Source of the DNA: a virus
IMG/VR virus record: IMGVR_UViG_3300050343_000230
Span: 1-64,000 of that record
Direction: 5' to 3' (one strand)
Length of the DNA stretch: 64,000 nucleotides
In this document: positions 26,887 through 36,289 of the stretch, piece by piece
Position numbering within the stretch: the first letter of the stretch is position 1
How the letters are laid out: each line of letters starts with the position of its first letter
Notes under the pieces: generated by a model
What the model was told of the DNA's origin: nothing
What the model saw: only the letters and a program-made list of their open reading frames with translations
Databases searched by the model: none
Position numbers and translations under genes: made by a program

Positions 26887-29808
26887 ATGGCTACATATAC
26901 AAGCAAAGGATGGAAAGCAACAAATTTAAAATACAACGGAAGAAGCTCAAGTAATAATCCATATACAGCAGGTGAGTTTTCAGAAGCTATACCTACAAGA
27001 TCAGCAAACCGTAAAACGGATGCAAAGACTAATCGTCCAGAAGAAACATCAACACAAATTTATGTAAAAATTAGAAATGGAAGAGTAGTAGATCTTAAAA
27101 ATGATGGCAAAGATTATCAAGGAGATGAATGGAAAGCATTTACTATAAGGCAACCGAATGACTATGATGGTTACGGGTTAAAGCAGTTTGCAGAAAATAG
27201 AAACTTTGAATGGACTGATAAATATTTAAATGAGGCACGTGGTTTTGGCGACCGAATAAAAACTGAGCGAGAAAATAACATCAAAGATAATGAGACAGCT
27301 AGAAGAACAAATGATGCGAATAGAATTTTAAATGAAACAGACCAAGCTTATAACGAAACAGTCCCTGCGTTACGTCAAGAAAAAGCAGATGAATTTAATG
27401 CAAAAGGTGATAAGCAAGTAACAAAAGTAAATTCCATAAACCAATGGAGTTCTTCTGCTGTTAAATGGGCGAAGGCTAGTCCGACTGGTCGCTATGTTGG
27501 TAATCGTTCTCAAATAAATTCAAATGCTTCTGGAGGCCAAGGTGAGTTCTTAACTTCATTAGTTAATGATGGTTATATTACAAATAAGGAAAAAAAGGAT
27601 CTTTTAGGTACTTTAACAACTTCTTATAAGACCTACTACGGCAGCACAAGGGTAACAGCCTGGAATTACGAAGCACAAGGAATCAATCCCCCTGTAGGGG
27701 GCTTTGATAGTAAGTATTACATAAACCAAAATGAAGGCAACAGTAATTTAGAAAAAAAATGGAATAATGCTGTAAAAAACGATGACCTTGATATTCTTGT
27801 TCGTTATGAAAACAAAGGTAATTTTGCATGGAATGATTACAGTACAGTAGGAAAATCAGCTGGTTATAGAGGTAATAAAGAAAAACCAACAGCACAAACA
27901 GATGCTTATAGAGAAGATTTTCAAAAGAATTTTTCAGATGCTGATAGACAATTAATTCGTGATAACCAGCTAGGCCTTACGGGTGAAAGGATATCAGATG
28001 GCAAACCTATTCGCACTGTTAACTGGGACGACGGAGTAGGTGGCGATTTAGAAGTAATTATTGGCGGCAGTATTGCACAAAGAGAATTAACAGAACAAGA
28101 TAAGTTTAAAGGCCTTGGTCTTGACATGGCAACTGATGCAATTAATGAATTAAATAAAGCAAGAGCAAGAGAAAGAGAATTAGATATATACAAAGGTTTA
28201 CCAGGATTTAGTGAAATATTTAATATGAATGCGACACTTTCAAACTCTATCCTGGGTGACTCAGGTGTAGGCGGAATCCTAGGAACGATGGGTGTTAATA
28301 CATCCCAATTAGAAGAAAGTTTTGAAGATCAAATAGGGGCGGTTACAGGCGTAAACTTCAATAGCTCAGAATACAACTGGCAAAAATGGTTTAACGATAC
28401 TTTAATTAAAGATATAGAGAGTAAAAGTGAAGTACTAGGTTTTGGTGTTGATTACAATAAAGATACAGGAGAGGTAAAAATCGGAGACGAACGTACAACT
28501 GTTTATGAACTAGAAGAAGATTTTAAAAAGAACTTTATCGATAACTATGTAACGCCACGTTTTGATCAATCAAAATCTATGGATGAATTTATTAGTTACA
28601 TTGACACTATTGATAAAGAAACAGAACAAAATATTTTTCAAACACAAACAGCAGTAAATGCACTGCGTGATGTCGCAGCATTACGTGCAGAAGAGTTTTA
28701 TGCAGGACTAGAAGGAAAAGTAGGAGATAGTTATCAAAAATCTTTTAATCCTGAATTTTATTTTAATCCTGGGAATTCCGCTAAGTATGGAACTGTAAAT
28801 GATGCCAAAAAATTAGATTATGCAAATCAGAAAAAAGAAGTTGCTGCTGACTGGAAAAAAGCAAAAGCAAATCCTAATTCCATCGCTTACGCATTGACTA
28901 AAAAGGAAGCTAAGGACTTTGGTTTAACGGGGTCAAGAACTGGAGTAACCTGGGCAGAGCTTGCTTATTATTATGGTCTAGATTTAAAAGATAAAAATTC
29001 TTTTGCCAAGTTACATTACGACAAAATAGGACGAAGCAAAAATTTTGACCCTGCACGTGATGTAGTAACAGACAGTGATGTAAAAAGTTTTATTAGCAAT
29101 AACGTTTTATCTGCAGTAGATGATTCACGTGATAAGTTTGGTGATTCACCTTTCCTTGCTTTTGTTACACCTGAAGAATTTGCAAATGAAATACTTGAAG
29201 GTATTGATCCCTTAGAAAATAAAGATGAATGGAAAGAATTGCTTGAGCTATATGGACTAGATGAAAGCGCAACATTAAATGAAGTAAAGGAATATATTCT
29301 TGAATCCGTTAGGACAGGTGCAGCAAAAGATATAAGAGAAGGTATTAAATATTTAAACCAAAAAAGTAAAAAGCCTACGCAAAAAGAGTTAGGCGTCACA
29401 TACATCGAAAGAGACGAAGACGCAAATCCTGAAGAAGATCCTGATGCTGATGCCTTATACAAAACATTTAAAAATGCTGGTTTTGGTGGTACGCAAGAAG
29501 AATTTTATGAAACGTTTTTGCCAGATATGGATAGAAATGATCTTAATATGATCACCCAAGGTCTTGAGGGGCTTCAACTTAAAGATGCTGACATGAGTGA
29601 TCCATTCACCGCCTTAGGTTCTGTTCAAGGCTTCCTAGGTGACGACGGTAGTGATCTATTTGGATCGTCAGACGAAGATAAAGATAAAGAAGAAGACAAA
29701 GAACCTAGTTATTTTGATTTATTTGCTGATGAAAAAAATTATGATAACGATTACGCAAGCGATTCAGGAAGAGAGTTGATTACAGATTTTACAAGTTTCT
29801 TTAAGTAA
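26887..29808 (+). CDS. Large hypothetical protein (possible internal virion protein)
   Basis: 973 aa, AT-rich coding, acidic C-terminus. Confidence 0.7.
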   Translation: MATYTSKGWKATNLKYNGRSSSNNPYTAGEFSEAIPTRSANRKTDAKTNRPEETSTQIYVKIRNGRVVDLKNDGKDYQGDEWKAFTIRQPNDYDGYGLKQFAENRNFEWTDKYLNEARGFGDRIKTERENNIKDNETARRTNDANRILNETDQAYNETVPALRQEKADEFNAKGDKQVTKVNSINQWSSSAVKWAKASPTGRYVGNRSQINSNASGGQGEFLTSLVNDGYITNKEKKDLLGTLTTSYKTYYGSTRVTAWNYEAQGINPPVGGFDSKYYINQNEGNSNLEKKWNNAVKNDDLDILVRYENKGNFAWNDYSTVGKSAGYRGNKEKPTAQTDAYREDFQKNFSDADRQLIRDNQLGLTGERISDGKPIRTVNWDDGVGGDLEVIIGGSIAQRELTEQDKFKGLGLDMATDAINELNKARARERELDIYKGLPGFSEIFNMNATLSNSILGDSGVGGILGTMGVNTSQLEESFEDQIGAVTGVNFNSSEYNWQKWFNDTLIKDIESKSEVLGFGVDYNKDTGEVKIGDERTTVYELEEDFKKNFIDNYVTPRFDQSKSMDEFISYIDTIDKETEQNIFQTQTAVNALRDVAALRAEEFYAGLEGKVGDSYQKSFNPEFYFNPGNSAKYGTVNDAKKLDYANQKKEVAADWKKAKANPNSIAYALTKKEAKDFGLTGSRTGVTWAELAYYYGLDLKDKNSFAKLHYDKIGRSKNFDPARDVVTDSDVKSFISNNVLSAVDDSRDKFGDSPFLAFVTPEEFANEILEGIDPLENKDEWKELLELYGLDESATLNEVKEYILESVRTGAAKDIREGIKYLNQKSKKPTQKELGVTYIERDEDANPEEDPDADALYKTFKNAGFGGTQEEFYETFLPDMDRNDLNMITQGLEGLQLKDADMSDPFTALGSVQGFLGDDGSDLFGSSDEDKDKEEDKEPSYFDLFADEKNYDNDYASDSGRELITDFTSFFK

Positions 29809-29832
29809 AATAAACAAAAGGATCTTATCCAA

Positions 29833-30132
29833 ATGTCAGACAAGCCTAAGAGAGCAGCGAAGGCTGCCAAGCTGCATAAAGATAAGATGAAATGCAATAA
29901 GCCACAAAAAACACCAGGGCATAAAACTAAGTCCCACGTCGTAAAAGCTTGCGAAAACGGTAAAGAAAAGATAATCCGTTTTGGCCAGCAGGGCGTGAAG
30001 GGAGCCGGTAAAAATCCCCAGACAGACAAAGAGCGAGCACGTAAGAAGTCATATTACGCAAGACACAATGCACAGGATAGCAAGCCATCTAAAATGAGTG
30101 CCAGGTATTGGAGTCATAAGGTCAAATGGTAA
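29833..30132 (+). CDS. Conserved basic phage protein
   Basis: KIIRFGQQG...RKKSYYARH...SARYWS..KW motif common in phage head modules. Confidence 0.75.
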   Translation: MSDKPKRAAKAAKLHKDKMKCNKPQKTPGHKTKSHVVKACENGKEKIIRFGQQGVKGAGKNPQTDKERARKKSYYARHNAQDSKPSKMSARYWSHKVKW

Positions 30133-30135
30133 CTT

Positions 30136-30315
30136 ATGACTCATGTAGACATTAAAGTTTCAGTAGAAGGAGTACGTACTCTTTACCAAGCAGTCAATGA
30201 TGCACTGGAATACTGGCCTGGATCACCAGCCAGACCAGCAGAGGAGCAAGAAAATTATAGACAAATGAAATTATTTTTGTTTAGTATAGTTTGTGAAGCT
30301 AATTATGACTTATGA
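30136..30315 (+). CDS. Small hypothetical protein (59 aa, not in ORF track)
   Basis: MTHVDIKVSVEGVRTLYQAVNDALEYWPGSPARPAEEQENYRQMKLFLFSIVCEANYDL. Confidence 0.65.
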   Translation: MTHVDIKVSVEGVRTLYQAVNDALEYWPGSPARPAEEQENYRQMKLFLFSIVCEANYDL

Positions 30316-30425
30316 ATACCGCTGGCTCTTATGTTCAAGCAAAGCCTAAGAAAACACGTCAAGGTCAAGGCAAGCATTCAAAGCCTTCTCATCGCCGTAA
30401 ACAGTTACGAGGGCAAGGAAAGTAA
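30312..30425 (+). CDS. Small basic protein (37 aa, not in ORF track)
   Basis: MNTAGSYVQAKPKKTRQGQGKHSKPSHRRKQLRGQGK; ATGA coupling. Confidence 0.65.
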   Translation: MNTAGSYVQAKPKKTRQGQGKHSKPSHRRKQLRGQGK

Positions 30426-30458
30426 TATATAGTTAAAGGGATTCTCTTTCAGCGTTCA

Positions 30459-31121
30459 ATGTACCCCTATAAGACTGCGTTGAACATCATTAAAACCTTT
30501 GAGGGCTTTAATGAAAAAGCATACCCAGACCCTGGGTCTGGAGGAGAACCCTACACGATTGGCCATGGAACACAGTTCTACCCTGATGGTACTGCTGTTA
30601 AGCAAGGACATATGTGTACCAAGAAGAAAGCTCTTGAGTATGTTCTCAAAGACATCAATATCATTGCGCATGAACTCAAAGCTTTAAACATGGGTCTATA
30701 CCCATCCAGCCTGGAAGCATTGATTTCTTTTATCCATTCCATTGGATGGGAAGCTTTTTTGTACAGTGAAATTATTGACCAATTAGACAGCAACGATTAC
30801 AAGGCAGTAACTGAATCCATCAACCAATGGGTCTTTGATAAAAACCACCAGGTGATAGGAGGTTTACTGGATAGACGCAGACAAGAAGTCAGGCTATTTC
30901 TGCAAGATATAGAGATGAACCCATGGCCTTCAGACATGATTCTACTAAAGGCTTTTAGAAATTATTCTGCAGCACCTCACCAGGTACGTGCTATTCGGGA
31001 ATTAGAAAGCGCAGTCAGCCCTTACGTTTTAAGTGAGTTCGCAAATGCCTTTTGCGTGACAGATACAATAGATGAAATGGAAGACGAAGAGCTAAGAGAC
31101 ATCTTTAGTTCTTGGAGTTAG
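30459..31121 (+). CDS. Lysozyme (GH24, T4/RrrD-like) with C-terminal accessory domain
   Basis: FEG....AY.D......TIG.G catalytic region; GL..RR..E motif. Confidence 0.85.
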   Translation: MYPYKTALNIIKTFEGFNEKAYPDPGSGGEPYTIGHGTQFYPDGTAVKQGHMCTKKKALEYVLKDINIIAHELKALNMGLYPSSLEALISFIHSIGWEAFLYSEIIDQLDSNDYKAVTESINQWVFDKNHQVIGGLLDRRRQEVRLFLQDIEMNPWPSDMILLKAFRNYSAAPHQVRAIRELESAVSPYVLSEFANAFCVTDTIDEMEDEELRDIFSSWS

Positions 31122-31145
31122 AATTATTCCAACAAGGTCTGAAGA

Positions 31146-31442
31146 ATGGAAGATTTCACATCGTTGAAAGAAATGGATCTGCCTTTACACTTACAGCTTT
31201 CTATGCGTAAAGCCGAGTTGGCAGCGCAAGAGATGACATGGGACCAGCTGCAGATTGCTCTTTTGAATCTGTACCACCAACGAATGCTTGAGCTGCAAGC
31301 AATTAAGGACATGCTCCAGGCTGAAGACGTTGAAATTGAATTTGATATCCCCACAGATCTAGAGCTTACTCAGCTTGCTATCAGCATGATGAGTCAAGAG
31401 ATGGACGACGAAGAGGATGATGAACAGCCAATTTTTGGTTAA
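31146..31442 (+). CDS. nblA: NblA-like phycobilisome degradation adaptor with acidic tail
   Basis: LPLHLQLSMRKAELAAQEMTWDQLQIALLNLYHQRM fits the NblA pattern L.L..Q...R......MS.(D/E)Q....L..LY.Q.M. Confidence 0.6.
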   Translation: MEDFTSLKEMDLPLHLQLSMRKAELAAQEMTWDQLQIALLNLYHQRMLELQAIKDMLQAEDVEIEFDIPTDLELTQLAISMMSQEMDDEEDDEQPIFG

Positions 31443-31448
31443 ATTGTC

Positions 31449-31766
31449 ATGCTATCAACTGAATACAGGCTACGCCTAGAGTACATTTGCAAGCGCATTG
31501 CAAATCAAGAAGAGGTAAAACTCACCGATATGATCTGGGCTGAGAAGCTAGGAAAAGCTAATCGTTCAGCAGGTGAGATGATGCGCAAAGCAAGGCGAAA
31601 AGCAAATAAACCAGAAATGGAAGAAGGTAGTCTTGACAGCTTTATGAATGCAATGGATCTAGGTGATCCAGACCCAAGCAATCATCGGACTAAGTTCAAT
31701 GGTCCAGATGATATTGCAAATTGGTTTAGTCAAGAAAAAACTGATGATTGGCGTCAACGCGATTAA
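31449..31766 (+). CDS. Conserved cyanophage hypothetical protein
   Basis: MLST.YRLRLE.IC..IA...EV.L.DMIWA.KL...D.W..RD pattern. Confidence 0.75.
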   Translation: MLSTEYRLRLEYICKRIANQEEVKLTDMIWAEKLGKANRSAGEMMRKARRKANKPEMEEGSLDSFMNAMDLGDPDPSNHRTKFNGPDDIANWFSQEKTDDWRQRD

Positions 31767-31948
31767 GGCCACCCAGTAGGAGCTACAATTCCTGGGTGCA
31801 AAAAGTTTTGTCCACATCGACGACGAAGATTATTTAAAACTTTTCTTTTATCTTCTGTCTTAAGGACAGGAGTATGGATTATCTCCCAAGCAACCTCCGC
31901 ACACAGCTTTGCAGGCAATGGCGGAGGAGTGTAGTGTGCACCTACCAC
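31763..31948 (-). CDS. Small hypothetical protein
   Basis: 61 aa, overlaps the hli stop. Confidence 0.45.
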   Translation of the reverse strand: MVGAHYTPPPLPAKLCAEVAWEIIHTPVLKTEDKRKVLNNLRRRCGQNFLHPGIVAPTGWP

Positions 31949-32133
31949 AAGCCAGGAATCAATTGACCTGTGGTCGCATACGCACCGATAGCAGCAATGA
32001 TTCCAAGCATTGCGAACCTACCGTTTAAACGTTCTGCTTTTGTGTTGTGGTCTTCGGTCACTTTAATTACCTCCATTGTGGGTTCTTTAGCAAAGACGTT
32101 TGTTTGTCCATGCTCGTTAGTTGTTACCGTCAT
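31942..32133 (-). CDS. hli: High-light-inducible protein
   Basis: AERLNGRFAMLG...GAYATTGQLIPG chlorophyll-binding motif with phage-type N-terminus (TNEHGQTNVFAKEP). Confidence 0.95.
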   Translation of the reverse strand: MTVTTNEHGQTNVFAKEPTMEVIKVTEDHNTKAERLNGRFAMLGIIAAIGAYATTGQLIPGLW

Positions 32134-32151
32134 AGTTTTTCATGATCTTGT

Positions 32152-32628
32152 TTATTCTATATCTACAAGACGCGTGAGATACCATTGCGCTTTTTGTAAT
32201 GACTGAACCCCTCCTTTATATTTTTCTCTCCACAAATATTTGGCGACGTTACCTTTTAAGTACCCTCTATATTCTTCTGGCGTTAGCTGCGCTTCAATTG
32301 CTTCAATGCATTCAATATTGCCATCAGTGTAGTGTGCAGGATGATTGACAAGATCTTCTTTTATATCATCTCCGCTTGTATCTGTTGCCCAAGGGACAGG
32401 ACAAACACCCCCCGGACAATCAGAAAACTCCATAATCACATCGCTAGATTCTGAAGAACCGCTCCCGACCGGTTCAAACCAGTCTGTAGTTTGCGTTGCT
32501 GGTTCATCGCTACTTCCTGCTCCTCTGGTGACAGCTGACCCATGTCTACTATCAGCTGCCTTGGCTGAGGTTCCGCTCCGTGCATCATTCCGGTTTCTGC
32601 GCTTGGAATCGTTCCCGTTACTCCGCAT
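32152..32628 (-). CDS. DUF3310 (SaV-like) protein; true start may be 32433
   Basis: VNHPAHY..G.IECI.AI......GYLKGN..KY.WR...KGG...L.KA.WYL. Confidence 0.85.
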   Translation of the reverse strand: MRSNGNDSKRRNRNDARSGTSAKAADSRHGSAVTRGAGSSDEPATQTTDWFEPVGSGSSESSDVIMEFSDCPGGVCPVPWATDTSGDDIKEDLVNHPAHYTDGNIECIEAIEAQLTPEEYRGYLKGNVAKYLWREKYKGGVQSLQKAQWYLTRLVDIE

Positions 32629-32828
32629 CTGGGCTGTGCTCTTGGATCAATACTTAGGTTAATACGATCGCTCATATTTTGCTGCGTTGCAGCAAGACCA
32701 GTATTGTATTGGTCATACAAAGGAACATCATTAGCCTCATTATCCAAAGGCTGACCAAAACTATCAAGAGTCAACATACGATCTTTTAACGTATCATTCG
32801 TTCCCATGAATTCATTGAGGAAACTCAT
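32436..32828 (-). CDS. Hypothetical protein
   Basis: 130 aa; TAGAAT on the - strand at 32859-32864. Confidence 0.6.
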   Translation of the reverse strand: MSFLNEFMGTNDTLKDRMLTLDSFGQPLDNEANDVPLYDQYNTGLAATQQNMSDRINLSIDPRAQPRCGVTGTIPSAETGMMHGAEPQPRQLIVDMGQLSPEEQEVAMNQQRKLQTGLNRSGAVLQNLAM

Positions 32829-32866
32829 TACACTATGCCCTGGTTTAAGTCAACTATAATTCTATT

Positions 32867-33220
32867 ATGGCTTATTCAAAGAATTATGACCGCAGTTTAG
32901 ATGCGGGATCTTCTGGTGGAGAGGTTAATGACCTTAACCCACAAAGGGCTTATGACGTAGATATTCGTCGATTAGATGAGGATGAGAGAGAAATCGCGAA
33001 GGCTGCGGACACTCGCAACGTAGGGAAGCAAAATCGTGTTGAAAAGTTTCTGCGAGCAAAGCGATCTGCAGGTAAGTTTTCTCAGAAGAGAAAATTCGAC
33101 GGTCCATGGACGAACAGAGAAGGACAAGTCCCTGCTTTTACCGAAGGTGATCAGTTTGGCAGGGCCGGTTCAACGAACTATGCAGATAAACCACAAGCGT
33201 CAACCAGTAGCTTTTTCTAA
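32867..33220 (+). CDS. Hypothetical protein, probably leaderless
   Basis: 117 aa; TATAAT at 32855-32860 puts the predicted TSS at about the ATG. Confidence 0.65.
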   Translation: MAYSKNYDRSLDAGSSGGEVNDLNPQRAYDVDIRRLDEDEREIAKAADTRNVGKQNRVEKFLRAKRSAGKFSQKRKFDGPWTNREGQVPAFTEGDQFGRAGSTNYADKPQASTSSFF

Positions 33221-33801
33221 GCCTTAGCTAATATTACTTCCAGCGGCTGGTTCTGATATTTTCCTTTGCGTTCTAAATAGCTCACTTCACAGGGCTCACC
33301 CTGGTAGAACAAGAGCTGGCAAATACCTTCGTTGGCGTAAATTCTATTGAACAAAGGAGTGCAATTACTAATCTCCAAAGTCAAATGCCCTTCCCAACCA
33401 GCCTCCGCAGGAGTAATGTTAGCCATAATGCCAGCCCTGGCATAAGTACTTTTGCCTACAGCCACCACCGTAACGTCCCTGGGTAGAGCCAGGCGTTCAA
33501 TAGCAACGCCAAGGCAGTAACCGTAAGGAGGCAAGATAAAATACTTTCCGCGCTCGTCTTCATGAAGTGCAGTCTCCTTTAAAATTTCAGGATCGAAGTT
33601 CTTAGCATCGCACATTCCGTGCTGAACGCCACCAAACAAAAGGCACTGACTGGGAGATAACCGGATATCGTAACCATAAGAGCTAAGTCCGTAACTAAGT
33701 ACAGGTACATCTTTTTCTTTGGTCACAAGACGATCCTGAAAGGGTTCAATCATCCCCTTCTTTGCAAATTTACGGATCTCTTTATCGCTTAGAACGCTCA
33801 T
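33217..33801 (-). CDS. dcd: dCTP deaminase
   Basis: SYGLSSYGYDIRL, GKSTYARAG, TPAEAGWEG.LTLE, YANEGICQLLF, KYQNQ. Confidence 0.95.
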   Translation of the reverse strand: MSVLSDKEIRKFAKKGMIEPFQDRLVTKEKDVPVLSYGLSSYGYDIRLSPSQCLLFGGVQHGMCDAKNFDPEILKETALHEDERGKYFILPPYGYCLGVAIERLALPRDVTVVAVGKSTYARAGIMANITPAEAGWEGHLTLEISNCTPLFNRIYANEGICQLLFYQGEPCEVSYLERKGKYQNQPLEVILAKA

Positions 33802-33824
33802 CTGACTATGTCTGTTCAGATAAT

Positions 33825-34418
33825 CTACACCAGCACTCTACCTTTTTCAGAGTAAATATCGACAAAATTTTCAGTTGCTTCAGCGATATTGTCTGGTGGA
33901 CCTAAGTAGACAATCATAGAAACCCCAGTAGACTTTGGCTCCACTTTGTCATCAGCATAATAGTGACGCAATAAAGAAGGTCTTTGCTTCATGATGCACA
34001 CTGGATGATCAAAGATGTCCTGGCTGTACATCACCATATCCACATAATTGGTAAGATAAACAGCTTGCTCTACTTCACGAGCCAACCATTTACGCTTTAA
34101 AGTTCTCCACCAGAGAGAATGCCCTGATGTAAGAGTGGGTGACAAACCTCTAGTCGGCTTCCAGCGAGCATTCTTTTTATCCCAGAAGTAAGACTGGTGT
34201 GGAGGAAATAAGTAGACTTTGCCAAACCATTTTTGATCGTTAAGCCCATCGTCAACTGGGTTGTAATAATTTTTTGCTCCTACATACGGATTGGCAAAGG
34301 CTGAGCTAGCAGGATCAAGATCAATTTCACCCATGAGCATATGGGCAGAGTCAACTAAATCACGATTTGAAATCCATTCAAAGTCTTCAGACTTTAAGTT
34401 CCCTCTCCTTAATCCCAT
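33825..34418 (-). CDS. Phage Dam-like adenine methyltransferase homologue with altered catalytic motif
   Basis: EW...IDLDPAS...AN..V.A..YY...DDGL...W.G.V pattern, but FPPH in place of NPPY. Confidence 0.7.
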   Translation of the reverse strand: MGLRRGNLKSEDFEWISNRDLVDSAHMLMGEIDLDPASSAFANPYVGAKNYYNPVDDGLNDQKWFGKVYLFPPHQSYFWDKKNARWKPTRGLSPTLTSGHSLWWRTLKRKWLAREVEQAVYLTNYVDMVMYSQDIFDHPVCIMKQRPSLLRHYYADDKVEPKSTGVSMIVYLGPPDNIAEATENFVDIYSEKGRVLV

Positions 34419-34801
34419 TATTTTGCATCCTTTTCATAATCAACTACAAAATAACGCATCCCCTGACTGTCATTGAGAATATAAGCAGCTGCTGCAGTGG
34501 GATCGATCTTAGCTGCTGACTCAAGAATTGTATTAAATGTTTCTGCCATTTTCTTTTCACCCTTACGTTCAGACTCTTCCTTGGCAGCGTGGAGTTCTTC
34601 TAGTGTCAGCCAGAACATTGAACGTTCATCCTCTGGTTGCATTACCAATGCACCAGGGCCTTCTGTTTTCCAAAATTCAAAAAAATATTTACCCATATCT
34701 GCCAAGATAATTCTGGCAGTTACGTCTGCGTAAGCTGCGCTATTACCATCGACATCCTTCCCGCAAACAGCTTGGAGGATTTTTTCTCTTCTATCTGTCA
34801 T
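34418..34801 (-). CDS. Hypothetical protein
   Basis: 127 aa, coupled in operon. Confidence 0.7.
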   Translation of the reverse strand: MTDRREKILQAVCGKDVDGNSAAYADVTARIILADMGKYFFEFWKTEGPGALVMQPEDERSMFWLTLEELHAAKEESERKGEKKMAETFNTILESAAKIDPTAAAAYILNDSQGMRYFVVDYEKDAK

Positions 34802-35255
34802 TGGTGATCAGTTTTTGTTTTTGCAAGACAGTCAACATCTTAGGTAATGGCTGATAGATAACAACCATTTTTCCCAAAACGCCCCGCTTTTTAATCAGCT
34901 TACCATTTTCATGACGCATTTTTTCAAACTCACCTGAACGGATTAAATACTCAGCAACGCAACGTAACCGCCGTTTCAAGGGTAGATCAGCATTGGGAAA
35001 ACGAGTACAAATCGTATCAGGTGTCATATCACGGAAAGCCAACCGTAAACGGTTAGCTAACGTCATATTGCTATTAGGATCCTCTAACTCAAAATCTTTG
35101 AGCAATTGGATGTATCGCTGTAGTACCTCGTTATCAAAAGAACCTGATGGAGGTGTGAATGGTTCCACTTGCAAGATCAAGCTTTCAGGAAGAAGCTCGA
35201 CATAATTATCAATAGTTAAGTTTTCGATCTCAACTTTGTCAAAACGATGCGGCAT
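34791..35255 (-). CDS. Hypothetical protein (start placed at MPHRFDK)
   Basis: 154 aa from ATG 35255, which minimises overlap with the upstream gene. Confidence 0.65.
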   Translation of the reverse strand: MPHRFDKVEIENLTIDNYVELLPESLILQVEPFTPPSGSFDNEVLQRYIQLLKDFELEDPNSNMTLANRLRLAFRDMTPDTICTRFPNADLPLKRRLRCVAEYLIRSGEFEKMRHENGKLIKKRGVLGKMVVIYQPLPKMLTVLQKQKLITNDR

Positions 35256-35709
35256 CTTTTTCTTCCTGAGTTCTAGGGATAGGAACGTTGTCCCAATGCG
35301 AGCGGTCATGAGGCTCATAAAGAGGACGCTTGCTTTTGTCAAAAGTCCTGAGGGTAGCCTCTGGGCCTTTGTGATAAGACAAGATCAACTGGTTCCAAGG
35401 GATACGAACCAATTGTTTTTTGGCACCTGCGGGAATAACAATGTAATGAACCCCCTGGACCCAGCCGTCAAAGCCCTTGGTCTTGTTACGTTTCTTGCCT
35501 TGCAAAATCCAATTACGAATCGTTTGATCCGTTACGCCTAAACGTTTTGCACACTCCTCAGTGGAAATGTATTCATCAGAATAGATTTCAGGACTGACCA
35601 TATCAGTCTCATCCTTGCTATACCGAGAATGCCACATAGAAGCAAGTATATTACGGATGCCTTTCAGCTCTCCTGCAATAACGTCTAAGCTCTTATTTAC
35701 TTCCGACAT
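35239..35709 (-). CDS. HTH DNA-binding protein (Xis/HTH_17-like)
   Basis: YISTEECAKRLGVTDQTIRNWI...W..GVHY. Confidence 0.8.
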   Translation of the reverse strand: MSEVNKSLDVIAGELKGIRNILASMWHSRYSKDETDMVSPEIYSDEYISTEECAKRLGVTDQTIRNWILQGKKRNKTKGFDGWVQGVHYIVIPAGAKKQLVRIPWNQLILSYHKGPEATLRTFDKSKRPLYEPHDRSHWDNVPIPRTQEEKDAASF

Positions 35710-35747
35710 ATACGAAAGTTTAATGCTACAGTTCATTTGAAAATACT

Positions 35748-36248
35748 GTGTTTTTGATGGAAGATCAAGTAACTCAGCAAAGGGATTTTGTTACTCCCAG
35801 TCAAGTCCCTCAAGAAGGGAACTATTTTGAGAACCCTGAAGGCCCTCGCTACAACAATCCAGCTGAATACGAGCAGGCCATGGCAGCTCAAACACCTCAA
35901 CCACAACAGCCTGGTGTTCAGTTCAATGTGCCTGATTTTGCAGCCATGCGGCAAGCTGCTTTACAGCAAGCAATTGAACAAGTAAAAGGTCAGCAAGTCC
36001 CTACTCCTCAAGCTCCTCCCGCAAGACCACCACAAGCGATTCCCCCTAATCCACCACGGGCTATCCCACCTAATCCCCCAAAGCCTCAGGTTCAACAAAA
36101 CCCTGAAGTCATATATGTCAGGCGCAACCTGACATTTGCAGAATTAATTATTGTATTCGCCCTTTCAGTTGGTGTTGTAACAGGTATTCAATTTGGATGG
36201 TATGTAGCTACTGATGTCTTGCCACGAATTGAGATCCGCGATAAATAA
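35748..36248 (+). CDS. Pro/Gln-rich protein with C-terminal transmembrane helix
   Basis: AIPPNPP repeated twice; hydrophobic LIIVFALSVGVVTGIQFGW. Confidence 0.65.
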   Translation: MFLMEDQVTQQRDFVTPSQVPQEGNYFENPEGPRYNNPAEYEQAMAAQTPQPQQPGVQFNVPDFAAMRQAALQQAIEQVKGQQVPTPQAPPARPPQAIPPNPPRAIPPNPPKPQVQQNPEVIYVRRNLTFAELIIVFALSVGVVTGIQFGWYVATDVLPRIEIRDK

Positions 36249-36289
36249 GCAGTCCTATAATCAACAAAGGATCTTAGCGTTATAGCAGG

